Source of the DNA: Coniocarpon cinnabarinum
Lineage: Eukaryota
Assembly: GCA_051942205.1 (NCBI GenBank)
Contig: JAVECO010000096.1
Span: 62,001-86,515, forward strand
DNA length: 24,515 bases
Reading direction: 5' to 3'
Under the pieces are notes generated by a model. That model saw only the letters and a list, made by a program, of their open reading frames with translations. It had not been told where the DNA came from and did no database searches. The stretch's first letter is position 1, and every line of letters begins with the position of its first letter. This document shows, in pieces, positions 10,492 through 21,600 of the stretch. Both the position numbers and the translations under genes were made by a program.

Positions 10492-12784
10492 ATGCGCAGA
10501 GAGGATGTCTCGTGGAAAGCCAAAGCCGCGGCAAAACGAGCTAGCACCTACGGCAAGATACCTCAGCAATGGAGGTTGGACCAAGCCGAGATCGACAAAG
10601 CCTCACGGCAGAGAAATATTACTGGGCCCTTCATCGAGCAGTACCTGACCACCGAAGAAATTCTCATCACGCGAGAACATGCCGTTGGAATTACAGATGC
10701 CATTTCAAACCGTCAGTACACATCGGTGCAGGTGGTCGGGGCATTCTGCAAGCGAGCTGCGATAGCGCACCAAATTGTGAGCCCCAGCACATGTCTCGCA
10801 TCTGTCACACAAATGCTTACCCGTCCAGAACAACTGCCTACACGAGATCTTCTTTGATCAGGCCTTGCAGAGAGCCAAAGAATTGGATGAGTACCTCCGT
10901 GATAAGAAAGCGACCCTTGGCCCTGTCCATGGATTGCCTATTAGTCTCAAAGATCAATTCCATGTCAAAGGCAATGACACTTCGATGGGCTATATCGGGT
11001 GGCTTGATACGTTCGAGGGGAACAGTGATGTCAACTTGGTTCACAAAGTCAACAGCCAAACAGTGGAAGATATTTTGAGCTTGGGAGCTGTACTATACTG
11101 CAAGGTTTGTGGATAAAGAGAGACTTATGTAATGGTCGAACCTCTGCTTAGCAACCCCAGACTAGCTTACCACAAACGCTGCTCGTAAGTCTCGCCCCGG
11201 TCGCAGTAGCTGCTCGAAGCTCTGCTGAGCTCATCAGTTTGGCGAGACAATTAACAATCTAATTGGCACGACTCTGAATCCTATTAACCAAAATCTATCC
11301 TGTGGTGGCTCATCGGGAGGTAGGCCACGTCTCGAAACTCTGGATCGACGGTCCGTTAACATGATTTTCCGCAGGCGAGGGCGCTCTCTCAGCACTTGGC
11401 GGGTCTCCTGTAGGGGTAGGGACGGACATAGGCGCGTGTAGTTTCTTACACAGTGAATGAAACTGGGCTGACTCTTCAAAATGCTTAGGCGGATCTGTAC
11501 GAATACCTGCGGCTTTTTGTGGCATCTTCTCGATTAAACCAACCCACGACCGATTTTCATATCGCGACGTTGCTAACGTAGTAAGTGTCTGCCATGCCTT
11601 TTGCGGGAAAAGACTCATAACAAGCTCTCAAAGATTCCAGGCGAAACAACATACCCTTCGTCAGTGGGCTTTCTCAGCTCAACACAAGATGCCTTGTCTT
11701 TGATCATGAGATCTCTGCTCGCTTCGTCACCTTGGGAACGAGATCCTAAGGTGATCCCAATACCATGGAGGCAAGACATCGTAGATGAGACAATCCTTCG
11801 CAGCAACCCCGATAACGGATCTGCAAGCACGAAACTACCTCTGAAGCTTGGGGTGCTCTGGAGTGACGGCGCTGTCACACCGCAGCCTCCCATCCAGAGA
11901 GGCCTAAAGCTCGTAGTGGAAGCCGTAAAGAAGGCCGGTCACAAAGTGAGATGCGTAATATTCCCACCGTAACACGAAAGTGTCTAATTGTTCGAGATTG
12001 TCGAATGGAAACCCCCGTCGCAAAGCATGGCAAAGGGCATTCACGTGAGTAACTGTTTGGCAAAACTTTTGGATTGGCATGATGCTCACTTGCGCAGGTT
12101 GCGTTTCTCACAGCCGATGGTGGTCACAACATCGCTGCACAGCTTGATCTATCTGGAGAACCGCTCGTACCGCCTCTCAGAAAGGGATTCAAGCTCAAAG
12201 AGGCGATGCCGGTGAACGAATATCAGGAGCTGACAGTTGAAGGGAGAAGATACGAAGAGACCTACTTGGATTACTGGAATTCGTTTACCGAACCCGACGG
12301 TGTGACTCATGCATCAGCTCACAGAAAGATACTGATATTGGGAAGGCCAAATCGTCGATGCCGTGATCATGCCAGTTGCCCCTCATGCAGCTGTCATCCC
12401 TGGAAGATATTACCACACAGGTGAGTTGAAACAGTTCGCCGAACTGCCAAAAAAAAGCTGAGAACAACAGCATACACTGAGGCTATCAATTTGATGGATT
12501 ATACCTCCACTGTCATCCCTGTTACGGCCGTGAACAAAGACGTTGACAAGTTTGACCACTCGTACAAGCCGCTAAGCGATTTTGACAAACAGAACTGGGA
12601 TGCTTGTACGTGCAACGCTGGGTTTCACACTCTATAATGAAATGAATGGGCCTGACTGCGCATAGATGATCCTGTTGCTTACGATGGAGCACCTGTCGGC
12701 GTGCAGATCGTGGGCAGAAAGTACGAAGAAGAAAAGATCTTGGCGATAGGGAGAATGGTGTATACGATGCTGCAGGCCTGTTGA
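10492..12784 (+). CDS. Amidase-signature family enzyme (acetamidase/general amidase-like), about 568 aa, 12 exons
   Basis: Introns 10777-10828, 11105-11160, 11185-11237, 11320-11374, 11432-11488, 11581-11633, 11946-11996, 12045-12097, 12300-12345, 12421-12470 and 12606-12665 leave 1707 coding nt in one frame. Motifs AFCKRAAIAHQ, GPVHGLPISLKDQF (catalytic Lys), GGSSGGEGAL (cis-Ser), GTDIGGSVRIPAAFCG (nucleophile Ser) and GAPVGVQIVGRKYEEEK are present. Confidence 0.95.
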
Positions 12785-13088
12785 TGGTCTCAAAAGACTT
12801 GGCTACCAAGCTCAAGTACTCTTTGGAACGAGTGACCTTTACATGGGCAGAGCATTGGCTAGTGCCATTGATTATCTCGTAGGTGCGGAACAAGTGAGTC
12901 TGATAGCTCCTAGCTTCACGTCTAGTAATAAACACAGATACGAGGATGCACAAGATATATGAAATGTACGTCTTCATTCTCTTTGACTGAACATCATGAG
13001 TCGACTGACGACCGTTGTGGAACCTCGACGAGTTGAGAACGCCCAGACCCTCGAAACCGCGCAGCTGAGACGTTCAGCCTTACGCCGC

Positions 13089-14198
13089 TTATGTCTGGGG
13101 GCGCTTCCAACCAAGCTCTTGCTTTAAAAACTCCTGGAAAGCACCCTTGATCTGATCAGTCATAATGTCCCATTTCTGCGCGTCGCTACCATCTAATTTG
13201 GTACGGCTGATCTCGCGTACATGGGCATCTCGGTGGTAGACGGGCAGCGCAATGAGCTTGCCGTTCCATTTCTTCGTGTTTTCAGTCTTGCGCATCTGCT
13301 CATTGACCTTTTCGAAGCCGCGACGGATGTAGTCATCAAACACTATGATGTAATCATACTTTGAATAATCGTCCCTAAGAGGTCTGGCGGTATGAGTAAT
13401 GGCTTCATCCCAGAGCTTGCGTTTGTTTTTGATTCCGGCAGCCTTTTGAAAGAGCGCGTCGATTGCAGCCTTCTCGGGCTTGCCGCCCAGTTTTTCCGCT
13501 GATTGGTGAACCTTTGCGATCTTCTGAGCGCTAGCTATGGCCCCTGTACCCTCCAGGTGTACGCCCGCTGAATGAGGAAATTTCAGTGGCCAATAATTGC
13601 CAGTACTGATGGTCCAGTCATATAGCAGCCTCGCATAGAACGACCCGACCACAGCACGGTTGTTATCGTGATTGTCAAGGAAGAGTATCATCTTCGGATG
13701 GGGCACTGATGCTTTCGGTCCCTGAGACAGGCGCCTTTGCAGGTCGAGAAGAATTTGATACTGCTGAGTTTGCGTCTGACGTACGTGTTCGTGGAATTTA
13801 AGCTCGAGAAGCCGTATCCAGTCCCCGACCTTCCCTCGCCGCTTATCGATGCGACTTCCTAGCTTTACCAATGTTTCCGGAGCCGACGTGGACGGCCACA
13901 TGAATCTGGCCGCTCTGCCTCTGTTCAGATACTCTTCGAAGATATCTCGAACATCAACAACATCTGTCTGAATCTTTTTCAGCAAGGCTGTGAGTGCCAT
14001 GTGCTCGGTTGGAGAGTCTTTCTGCAGAGTTGACTCCTGTTCATCAAGAATAGACTTGAGCCTCGCCGTCCATTGTGTCAGCTCCTCAGTCTCATCCACA
14101 GCACTTTGTATCTGTTCGCGCGAGTCTTTGATGGCTTTGTAGATGCTGTAGACCTCCTTCGTGATTGAAATAATGTCTCCAGCACTGACGGCGGCCAT
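13089..14198 (-). CDS. 369-aa protein: N-terminal HeLo-like/SesA-type helical domain plus C-terminal LMW-PTP/arsenate-reductase-fold domain lacking the catalytic Cys
   Basis: Intronless ORF. The N-terminus SAGDIISITKEVYSIYKAIKDS...RFMWP..E.LVKL..RI resembles fungal NLR N-terminal helical domains. The C-terminal ILFLDNHDNNRA, HSAG, GGKPEKAAIDAL, HTARPL..DYSKYDYIIVFD and DQIKGAFQEFL occur in the same order as the LMW-PTP motifs VLFVCx5RS, DSAG, G.pPd.ra, H.ARq...df..fDyIl.mD and the final helix. Confidence 0.75.
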   Translation of the reverse strand: MAAVSAGDIISITKEVYSIYKAIKDSREQIQSAVDETEELTQWTARLKSILDEQESTLQKDSPTEHMALTALLKKIQTDVVDVRDIFEEYLNRGRAARFMWPSTSAPETLVKLGSRIDKRRGKVGDWIRLLELKFHEHVRQTQTQQYQILLDLQRRLSQGPKASVPHPKMILFLDNHDNNRAVVGSFYARLLYDWTISTGNYWPLKFPHSAGVHLEGTGAIASAQKIAKVHQSAEKLGGKPEKAAIDALFQKAAGIKNKRKLWDEAITHTARPLRDDYSKYDYIIVFDDYIRRGFEKVNEQMRKTENTKKWNGKLIALPVYHRDAHVREISRTKLDGSDAQKWDIMTDQIKGAFQEFLKQELGWKRPQT

Positions 14199-15239
14199 AA
14201 AGAGACCTTCAAGTGTTCAAAAACTAGTTGGTGAGAAGAATGCAACCCGCTCTCCGAGTAGAAAATGCGCATAGCGGCGGAGAAAAGCTCTATTCAACCG
14301 CATCGTCAGCGAGGCAACGAGGCAAATTTTCGTGATGCCTTTCGCGCCCATAGGAGCATCCCTGCGGCATCTAGCAACGAATCAGACGGTGCGGGGTCAG
14401 AGCTATGCTGAAGAACCTACGTGCAAGAGAGACTTTGTATTGCTATGCACTGTAGCATGCTTTAAGAAGGTCTTGAAAGCAAGCATCATTGGAGGAGATG
14501 CGGCGGGAGTATAGGTAAAGCGTCTCTCACATTCAAGAGAGATGGCGGTATGTGCTCCCATCATAATACCACCTACCTACGATCGGACAATTCGTCCTAG
14601 TTCTGGACAAGGCGCTGCAAGAATGCTGAATCTGTGGTTTACGATGACTAGACATACCTTCAGAATTGCAAGGCTACCAATCGGTATAGCATTGGATGTC
14701 GCATAAATCTGCCTAGTATACGCCTTTACCGACCTCGTATGCGGATTAGCTTACAAAGCTCCGAACTAAGCGAGAAGCTACATATAATAAGCCCTAGCTT
14801 GCCTGGCTTAATATTAGAACGGCGCTATCCCTTAGCTTAATGTTTCAAAATTATTTCTGCTCTATATCTAATTATAGAACCTCTTTCTATTATTACCTTA
14901 GTTCTTACTCTTAGGCATGTAATAAACTTAGCTTGCAAATATCTTTAAAAGCTTAATTTAGCTTACTATTATAGCGTAGAGATAGAGAATCTTACTAAGA
15001 ATATTATTAACTTTATATCTACGCTTATATAAGTATAAGAATTAATAATAGAGCTAGAAATATAAAAGTTAGGAATTAAAGCTTAGACCTCTATAGAAGC
15101 TATTACTACTCTTAGTAGATAAGTAAAGTAATTAGTTAAGAAATTATAGAATCTAGTAATAATATTACTAGACGTTAATACGCTAAACTAATATAAATTA
15201 AGCTCTTAGAAGTATTTTAGACTTATAAATTTTAACTAG

Positions 15240-15665
15240 TATTACGCCTTGCATAAACACTAGCCTATATTAGGAAACTAGTAATACTGCTAACCTCTCT
15301 TATTAGGACTTAGCCTTATTCTAGATCGCAGTAAATAGGACGTAGCGTCTAGATCGTAGCAAATAGGATGTAGCGTCCCTAGACTAGCTAGATTCTTATA
15401 GCTATACACTTATTTGTATAAGAGAGAGACGTTTATATAGCCTTAACTAAAGACTACCTTAGGATAGACTTTAGTTTACTAACTTATAAGTTTAAATATA
15501 ATCTACTTTATTATTAATAAGTTATAAGTTTTACTCTTTACCTAAAACCTCTTATTCCTATTTAGAAGAGACTCTATATAGAGTCCTCTATACCTTAGAA
15601 CTACTAGCTCTTCTAACTATGTTAAGATAGGAAACTACTAAGAGATTACTCTAACCTACGTAACA
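15240..15665 (+). repeat. 5' LTR (426 bp)
   Basis: Begins TATTACG (RIP form of TGTTACG), ends CGTAACA, and aligns colinearly with 22323-22750. Confidence 0.95.
15320..15375 (+). repeat. 28-bp tandem duplication inside the LTR
   Basis: TCTAGATCGCAGTAAATAGGACGTAGCG / TCTAGATCGTAGCAAATAGGATGTAGCG; more mutated copies are present in the 3' LTR (about 22403-22458). Confidence 0.85.
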
Positions 15666-15708
15666 CTTTAGTAGACTTAAAAAGTGACTAAGTTCTATTA
15701 TAATTAAT

Positions 15709-17982
15709 ATATCTACTATATTAGGACCTATATTATATCGTCCCTAGGCTTAGTCCTTAGAGGATAGATAGATTAATTAAGCTATTATAGTAGTAATATC
15801 TATAGTAGGTAATATATTAAACGTTAATATTAAAATAAAGGATACTTTTAATAGAAATTATAAGAAGTTAACTCTATTTCTTCTAAAGCTTAAATTTATA
15901 TTTAAGGTTAATAAAGATTAGTTTATTAATAAACCTACTAAGATAGTATTTACTATAACCTATCTTAAAGAAGATGCTACTAAATAATTTAAGTTCTATA
16001 TAAAAGATTACCTCTATAGATTAACTAACTAGCGCCTTAATAAGACTAATAAGCTCTTTAGGAGTTACTAGTACTTTAAATAAGAACTACTTAAAATATA
16101 TAGAGATTAAGATAAAAGCTATACTATAGTACATAAGATTAAGTATCTCTATTAGATAGGATTAGTAGTAAAATATATAGCTAAATACCTTTAGTACTTA
16201 ATAAGAATAGAATAGAATTAGAAACTACTTATAGACGCCTTCTATAATAGTCTTAAGGGCTATATTAAGGAAAAAATTAATAATCTTACTAAATTTTATA
16301 ATCTTAAAGATATAATAAAAAAATGTTAACTTATTAATAGACGTAATTATAAATAATAGTTAGAAAGGAAAGAAACTAAATTCTCTAGATTCTAAGAATC
16401 TTTTAAACTAGACAATTAAGAAGATTCTATAGAACTTAATATAATAACTCTATATAGAAAATTTACTTAGTAGAAGCAAGAACACTATATAAAGAATAAA
16501 CTCTATCTTTACTATAGCAAACTAGGACATTAAGTTAATTAATACTAATAGAAGAAATCTACTAATAAAATTAACTAATTAAAGAAACCTTAACAATAGC
16601 TCTATATACTTAATTTACAACTTAATTTAACTAAGAAAGAGGTGCTAGCTATAATTAAATCTAAGATTATAAGTAGCCTTACTCTTTTTACCTAAACTTT
16701 AAAAATTATTAGGATAGCAATAGACCTACTTACAAACTATAAAACAAACCTATAGGAAATATAGGAAGTACGTAAACAAATAGAATAAAACTAATAGGAT
16801 ATTAAAGAACTTTAAGATTACCTTAGGCGATAATAGGAATAGAACTTTTTAAGTAAATTATTAGATATAATTAAAAGGTAACCCTATTTACTAACTATAG
16901 ACAATAATATAGAATAAAATAAAAGGAAACGCCTAGACTAGAGAGTTAAGTTCTCTATTTCTTAGAATTTAGTAGACAATTATACGCTAGACTAGGATTA
17001 GGACTACCCCTTAGAAATAGAATATTTAGAATAAAAAACAAATAGTACTATAGATACTTAGAAAGATCTAAGCCACCTAAAGAGACCTATACTAGAGAGT
17101 ATTAGATTACTACCTAAGGTTATAAATAGATAGTACGATTATATCTAACTTCTATCTAAACTAAAATAGAATATATTCTAGATATAATTTTATATATAGA
17201 ACAACTAGTAGGACAAAATACAGTCCTAGGAAACTATATAAGATATATAACGTGTATAGGATAAACTAGCCTAGAAACCTTTAAAGGTATAGTTCCTAGC
17301 ACACGAATAACTTAGAATAATAGATAACCTATATAACCTAAAATATCTATTATATAAAACAATATCTTAGATAGGATGCTATAATAATAGATATAGTATT
17401 TATATCTTAGATAAATAAGGTATAGAATAGTTTCTATAATATTCTTAGAAGTATACCTTAGTAGCAATTAAACGCGCCTTAACGCCCTTTCTACCTAAAT
17501 CTTAAGTTTAGACAGGTAACTTATTATATAATAAATCTTAGGCACTTAGTTAGCTTAAATTTAAAGCGCTATACTAAGAACTTTAAGTAGACGACACTAA
17601 ATCTAAAGCTAGTAATAATAATAGAAGCTTTAGCTCTAAGAGCAAGTATATAATAGAGCATAATATTATAAAATAATACTAGACTAGTATACATTAGAGA
17701 CTTTATACTATTACCTTTTATAAGAGTAGGCGAAGTATAGAGTATAAACTAGATAATTTCTAGGAGCATATTAGAAAGCGCCTATAAAATCTTATTAATT
17801 ATATAATTAGTATATTTTAGTTAAAACGCAAGTATAACATAAATAGCCTAATATATATTAGCCTATTAATATATTAAATTATAACTCTAGATAGTTAGAA
17901 AAATACTATTATAGAATAAGAAGAAATTTAATATTAACTTAAGCTAACTAGAATCTACCTATTAATATTTTTTTTAGGATAG
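15709..17982 (+). pseudogene. gag: gag (RIP-degraded, long, about 750 codons; ends approximate)
   Basis: Reversing RIP in one frame gives a capsid-like DTFDG..KL..FL...KIVFA.TYL.GDA..WF (15841 onward), DPMELD (GATTCTATAGAACTTAAT, about 16423), the CCHC knuckle LCLYCGKPGH.A..C (16501-16545), and H..MSW.GCYDD.C.IH..DK.G..WFP (about 17353-17437). Confidence 0.85.
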
Positions 17983-20900
17983 CTTAGAGGTAAGTAGTAC
18001 CTTTTTAATAGTTTAATTTAATCTTACGCTTAATAAACTAGATAAACCCTCTTCTATCCTTAATATTTATATAGAGAGGAGAGAGGCTAGACCTAGATAT
18101 TATAATAGTAAAATTATTCGATCTAAATATATTAACTATTATTATTTAATTAAATAGTAGGATTATCTAAGTACTCCTTAACTTTAGTATATTTAGGAAC
18201 TTTATATTAATACAATATATTAAATATTATAAATTATAAATATAAAAGAAATACTATATATATTACTTAGATATAGCGGATAGTAACCCTATTAACTATA
18301 ATAATAGATTAGTTAATATAGAAACTTCTTTAATAAATATAAGAATATAGGATTATAAAGAAGATATTACTTTTAACGTTATAAATATTAGACAAAACCT
18401 AGTAGTACTAGGAAGACCCTAGATTATATAATATAACCCTAATATAAATTAGGCTACTAAAAAGGTTCTATTTATAAGGTATAATTACTTATAAGATTAT
18501 ATATTATTCTATAAAATAGATACCCTATAGGCTTAAATAGAAAGTAAGAATAAGGAGCATAATAAAGAAATTATAATAGCCTATACTACTAAACTCTAAT
18601 AATATAATAACTTAGAAGAAGATATTAGTCTAACTTTTAAAGTTATACTATATATAACTTATAAATAGAGTTAGAGCTAATAATCTTATATAAGTACTCT
18701 AAAGGTAAAGAAGATACTAAAGAAATATAGCTAATTCTACTATCTATTTAAGAAAAAGGAGCTAGCCTCTACTCTTCTAAAATACTAACTATAGGATTAT
18801 TTAATATCTTTACTACTAGATTAATAACTAATATTTAAACTAATCTACTTACTTTTAGAAAAAGAGAAAGAAGTATATAGAGAGTAGATTATAATACTTC
18901 TAGTAAAGAGGTATATTATTAAGTTATTATTACTAGCTACCTTACTAATACTCTTTATACTAAAAAAGAATAGTAAGCTATAGATATATATTAATTATTA
19001 GTTACTTAATAATAAGATAATTAAAGACTAATTACTACTACTACTTACTAATAAGATCTAAGATAATCTCTATAGTATAAAAATATTTATATTACTTAAT
19101 ATTATTTTAGTATATAATAAAATCTAAATAAACGAAAAATACTAATAGCTTACTACTATAAGGACTAATATAGGGCTCTATAAGTAGTGTATTATACTAT
19201 TTAGACTTACTAACACTCTAGCAATATTTTAAAAGTTTATTAATAATATACTATAGCAATATCTTAGAATATTCTACTATATATATATAGATAACATTTT
19301 AATTTACTTAAAAATACTTAAAGAACATAAAATATATATTTAAAAGGTATTAGAATATTTAGCTAAAGCTAATCTTTAGCTTAACCCTAATAAGTATAAA
19401 TTCTATAAGGAATTAATTAAATTTTTAGAATTTATAATTATAGCTAATAGATTTAAGATAAAAGAATCTAAAGTCTAAGTAGTTATTAACTAGCTAGAGT
19501 TAAAGTTAGTTAAAGAAGTTTAATAGTTTTTAGGCTTTACTAATTTTTACTAATATTAGATTAAGAACTATTTAAAAATAGTCTTACTACTAACTAAATT
19601 AACTAAATTAGATAAAACTTAGAAATAGACAGAAATAGAGAGAAACGCTTTTAATAAAATTAAGGAAAGCTTTAAAAAGGGTATAGTACTTATAGTATTT
19701 AATTCTAACCTACTAATTACTCTAAAAACTAACTTAAGTAACTTTACTATTAAAGCTAGTATTAGTTAACTATATAATAGAAAGCTATAACTAGTAGCTT
19801 TCTACTTAAGAAAGCTCTTACTAATAGAAGTTAGGTATAATATTTATAATAAAGAGCTATAAGCTATTATTATATTATATAAGTAATAGAGATATTACTT
19901 TAAAGGTGTAAGATATACTATTTAGGTCTATACTAACTATCTAAACCTTACCTATTTTATAACAATAAAATAGCTTAATAGACAATAAGGCTACTAGGTT
20001 AAGATTCTATTACCTTACAACTTAAAAATTAATTATAAGAAAGAATCTAAAAATATAAGAGTAGACGCTCTAAGCTAACAACTAGACTATATAAAAAATA
20101 AACTAGAACTAAATTATATAATATTTAAAAAGTAAGGAAATACAATATATTACTAATAATATAAACTTATAATACTTAATACTAGTATAATTAAACCTAA
20201 TTATATACTTAATACAATTAAATAAGAAACACCTAAGAATTTAGAAATTTAATAATTTAAGAAAATAACTTAGTAAAATAATTTAACCTTAAAAAAATTA
20301 GATTATAAATATTATAAGTTTTAGAGTAGAATTTACGTCCCTAGAAAACTAATAATATAGGTTATCTCTAATTTCTATAACTTACTAACCTATAGACACC
20401 CTAGTATTAAGCAAACACTTAAATAAATTATAAGAACGTATTACTTCCTAAGAATAAGACAATAAGTTAAAGAATATATTTAAAAATATAATATCTATAT
20501 AAGAACAAAATACTTAAGATATTTACTATATAGAGAACCCTAACATACTAAAATTCTACTATAACCCTAGCACACTATAACTATAGACTTTATTATAAAA
20601 TTACTAAAATTAAACTTTATAGGATAAGGAAAGTATAATATAATCTATATAATTATAGATAAACTAACTAAGTTTATATACTTCCTACCTATATATAAAG
20701 CTTTAATAGTAGAATCTATAGTAAAAAGAATTATTACTTATATTTAGACAATATATAGAACTCTAAAAAAGATAATATTAGATAAAGATTAGAAATTTGT
20801 CTCTAAGTTCTAGAAAGAAATAACTTTAGTACTTAGAATTGTTTATAGAATATCTATAGTATACTATCTATAGACAGATAGCTAGACTAAATAAACTAAC

Positions 20901-21600
20901 TAAACTCTAGAACAGTACTTACAAATATTTGTTAATTATAATTAAACTAATTAGGCAGATCTATTACTAACTATAATAGTAGCATACAATACATTAAAAA
21001 ATAAAATAACTTAGTTCTTACTATTTAAAGTACTATATAGATTCTAACTACTATTTAGAAGAGCTATACCTTATACAATAGAAAACCTAGAAGCTATAAA
21101 ATTTATAACAAAAACTAGGCAAATCTATAGACAACTATAGGACAATATTTAATTTCTTTAAGTAAGAACTTCTAAAGCTATAAAGTATACCCTAACGCTA
21201 TAAGATCTTAAAGAAGAGGGTAGAGCATACCTACTTATAAAAAACATTAAAACAGAAAGACTAAGCAAAAAGTTAGACTATACAAAAACTAGACCTTTTA
21301 AGATACTTAAACAAATTAGAGCAGTTAATTTTAAACTTAAGCTACTACCCTAGATAAAAATACACCCTATATTTTATATTACACTCCTTAAACTAGTATA
21401 TAGCAATAAACTAAAAAGACCTAACTCTATTATTAATAAAAATAATAAAGAACCTAAATATAAGGCTAAAGTAATATTATCTAAATAAATACAATAACAA
21501 GTAAAGTAATATCTAGTTAAGTAGAAAAAATATAAAGACTATAAAAATATATAGGAACTAGTTAAGAACCTAGTAGGTTGCTAGCAGTTAATTTATAAAT
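17970..21600 (+). pseudogene. pol: pol (protease, reverse transcriptase, RNase H, integrase, chromodomain), RIP-degraded; ends approximate
   Basis: Motifs after reversing RIP: ALLDSGASGNF (18171), VLG.PW...NP.IDW (about 18402), SP..SPMLFVPKKDGKLRMCVDYR.LN (about 18930-19010), YMDD read as TATATAGATAAC (19284-19295), ETDSSDFAIGA and PVAFYSRKLSPAE.RYDIHDKEL (19717-19870), H..P..GHPG, W..VTMDFI.KLP, YHPQTDGQTER.NQ.LEQYL, GPF, and chromodomain EYE.E.IL...YLVKWKGY...ENTWEP..NL (21456-21572). The protease, YMDD and chromodomain motifs were checked and share one frame. Confidence 0.93.

Noticed and set aside
2668..12784. Carbonic anhydrase plus amidase as a detoxification cluster
   Set aside because: They are 7 kb apart with unrelated genes between, and no cyanase, transporter or regulator links them.
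12522..12977. 151-aa minus-strand ORF with a hydrophobic N-terminus
   Set aside because: It overlaps the last amidase exons in antisense and has no other support.
15570..15585. 16-bp palindrome GACTCTATATAGAGTC in both LTRs
   Set aside because: The TATATA core may be produced by RIP, and no function can be assigned without an unmutated copy.
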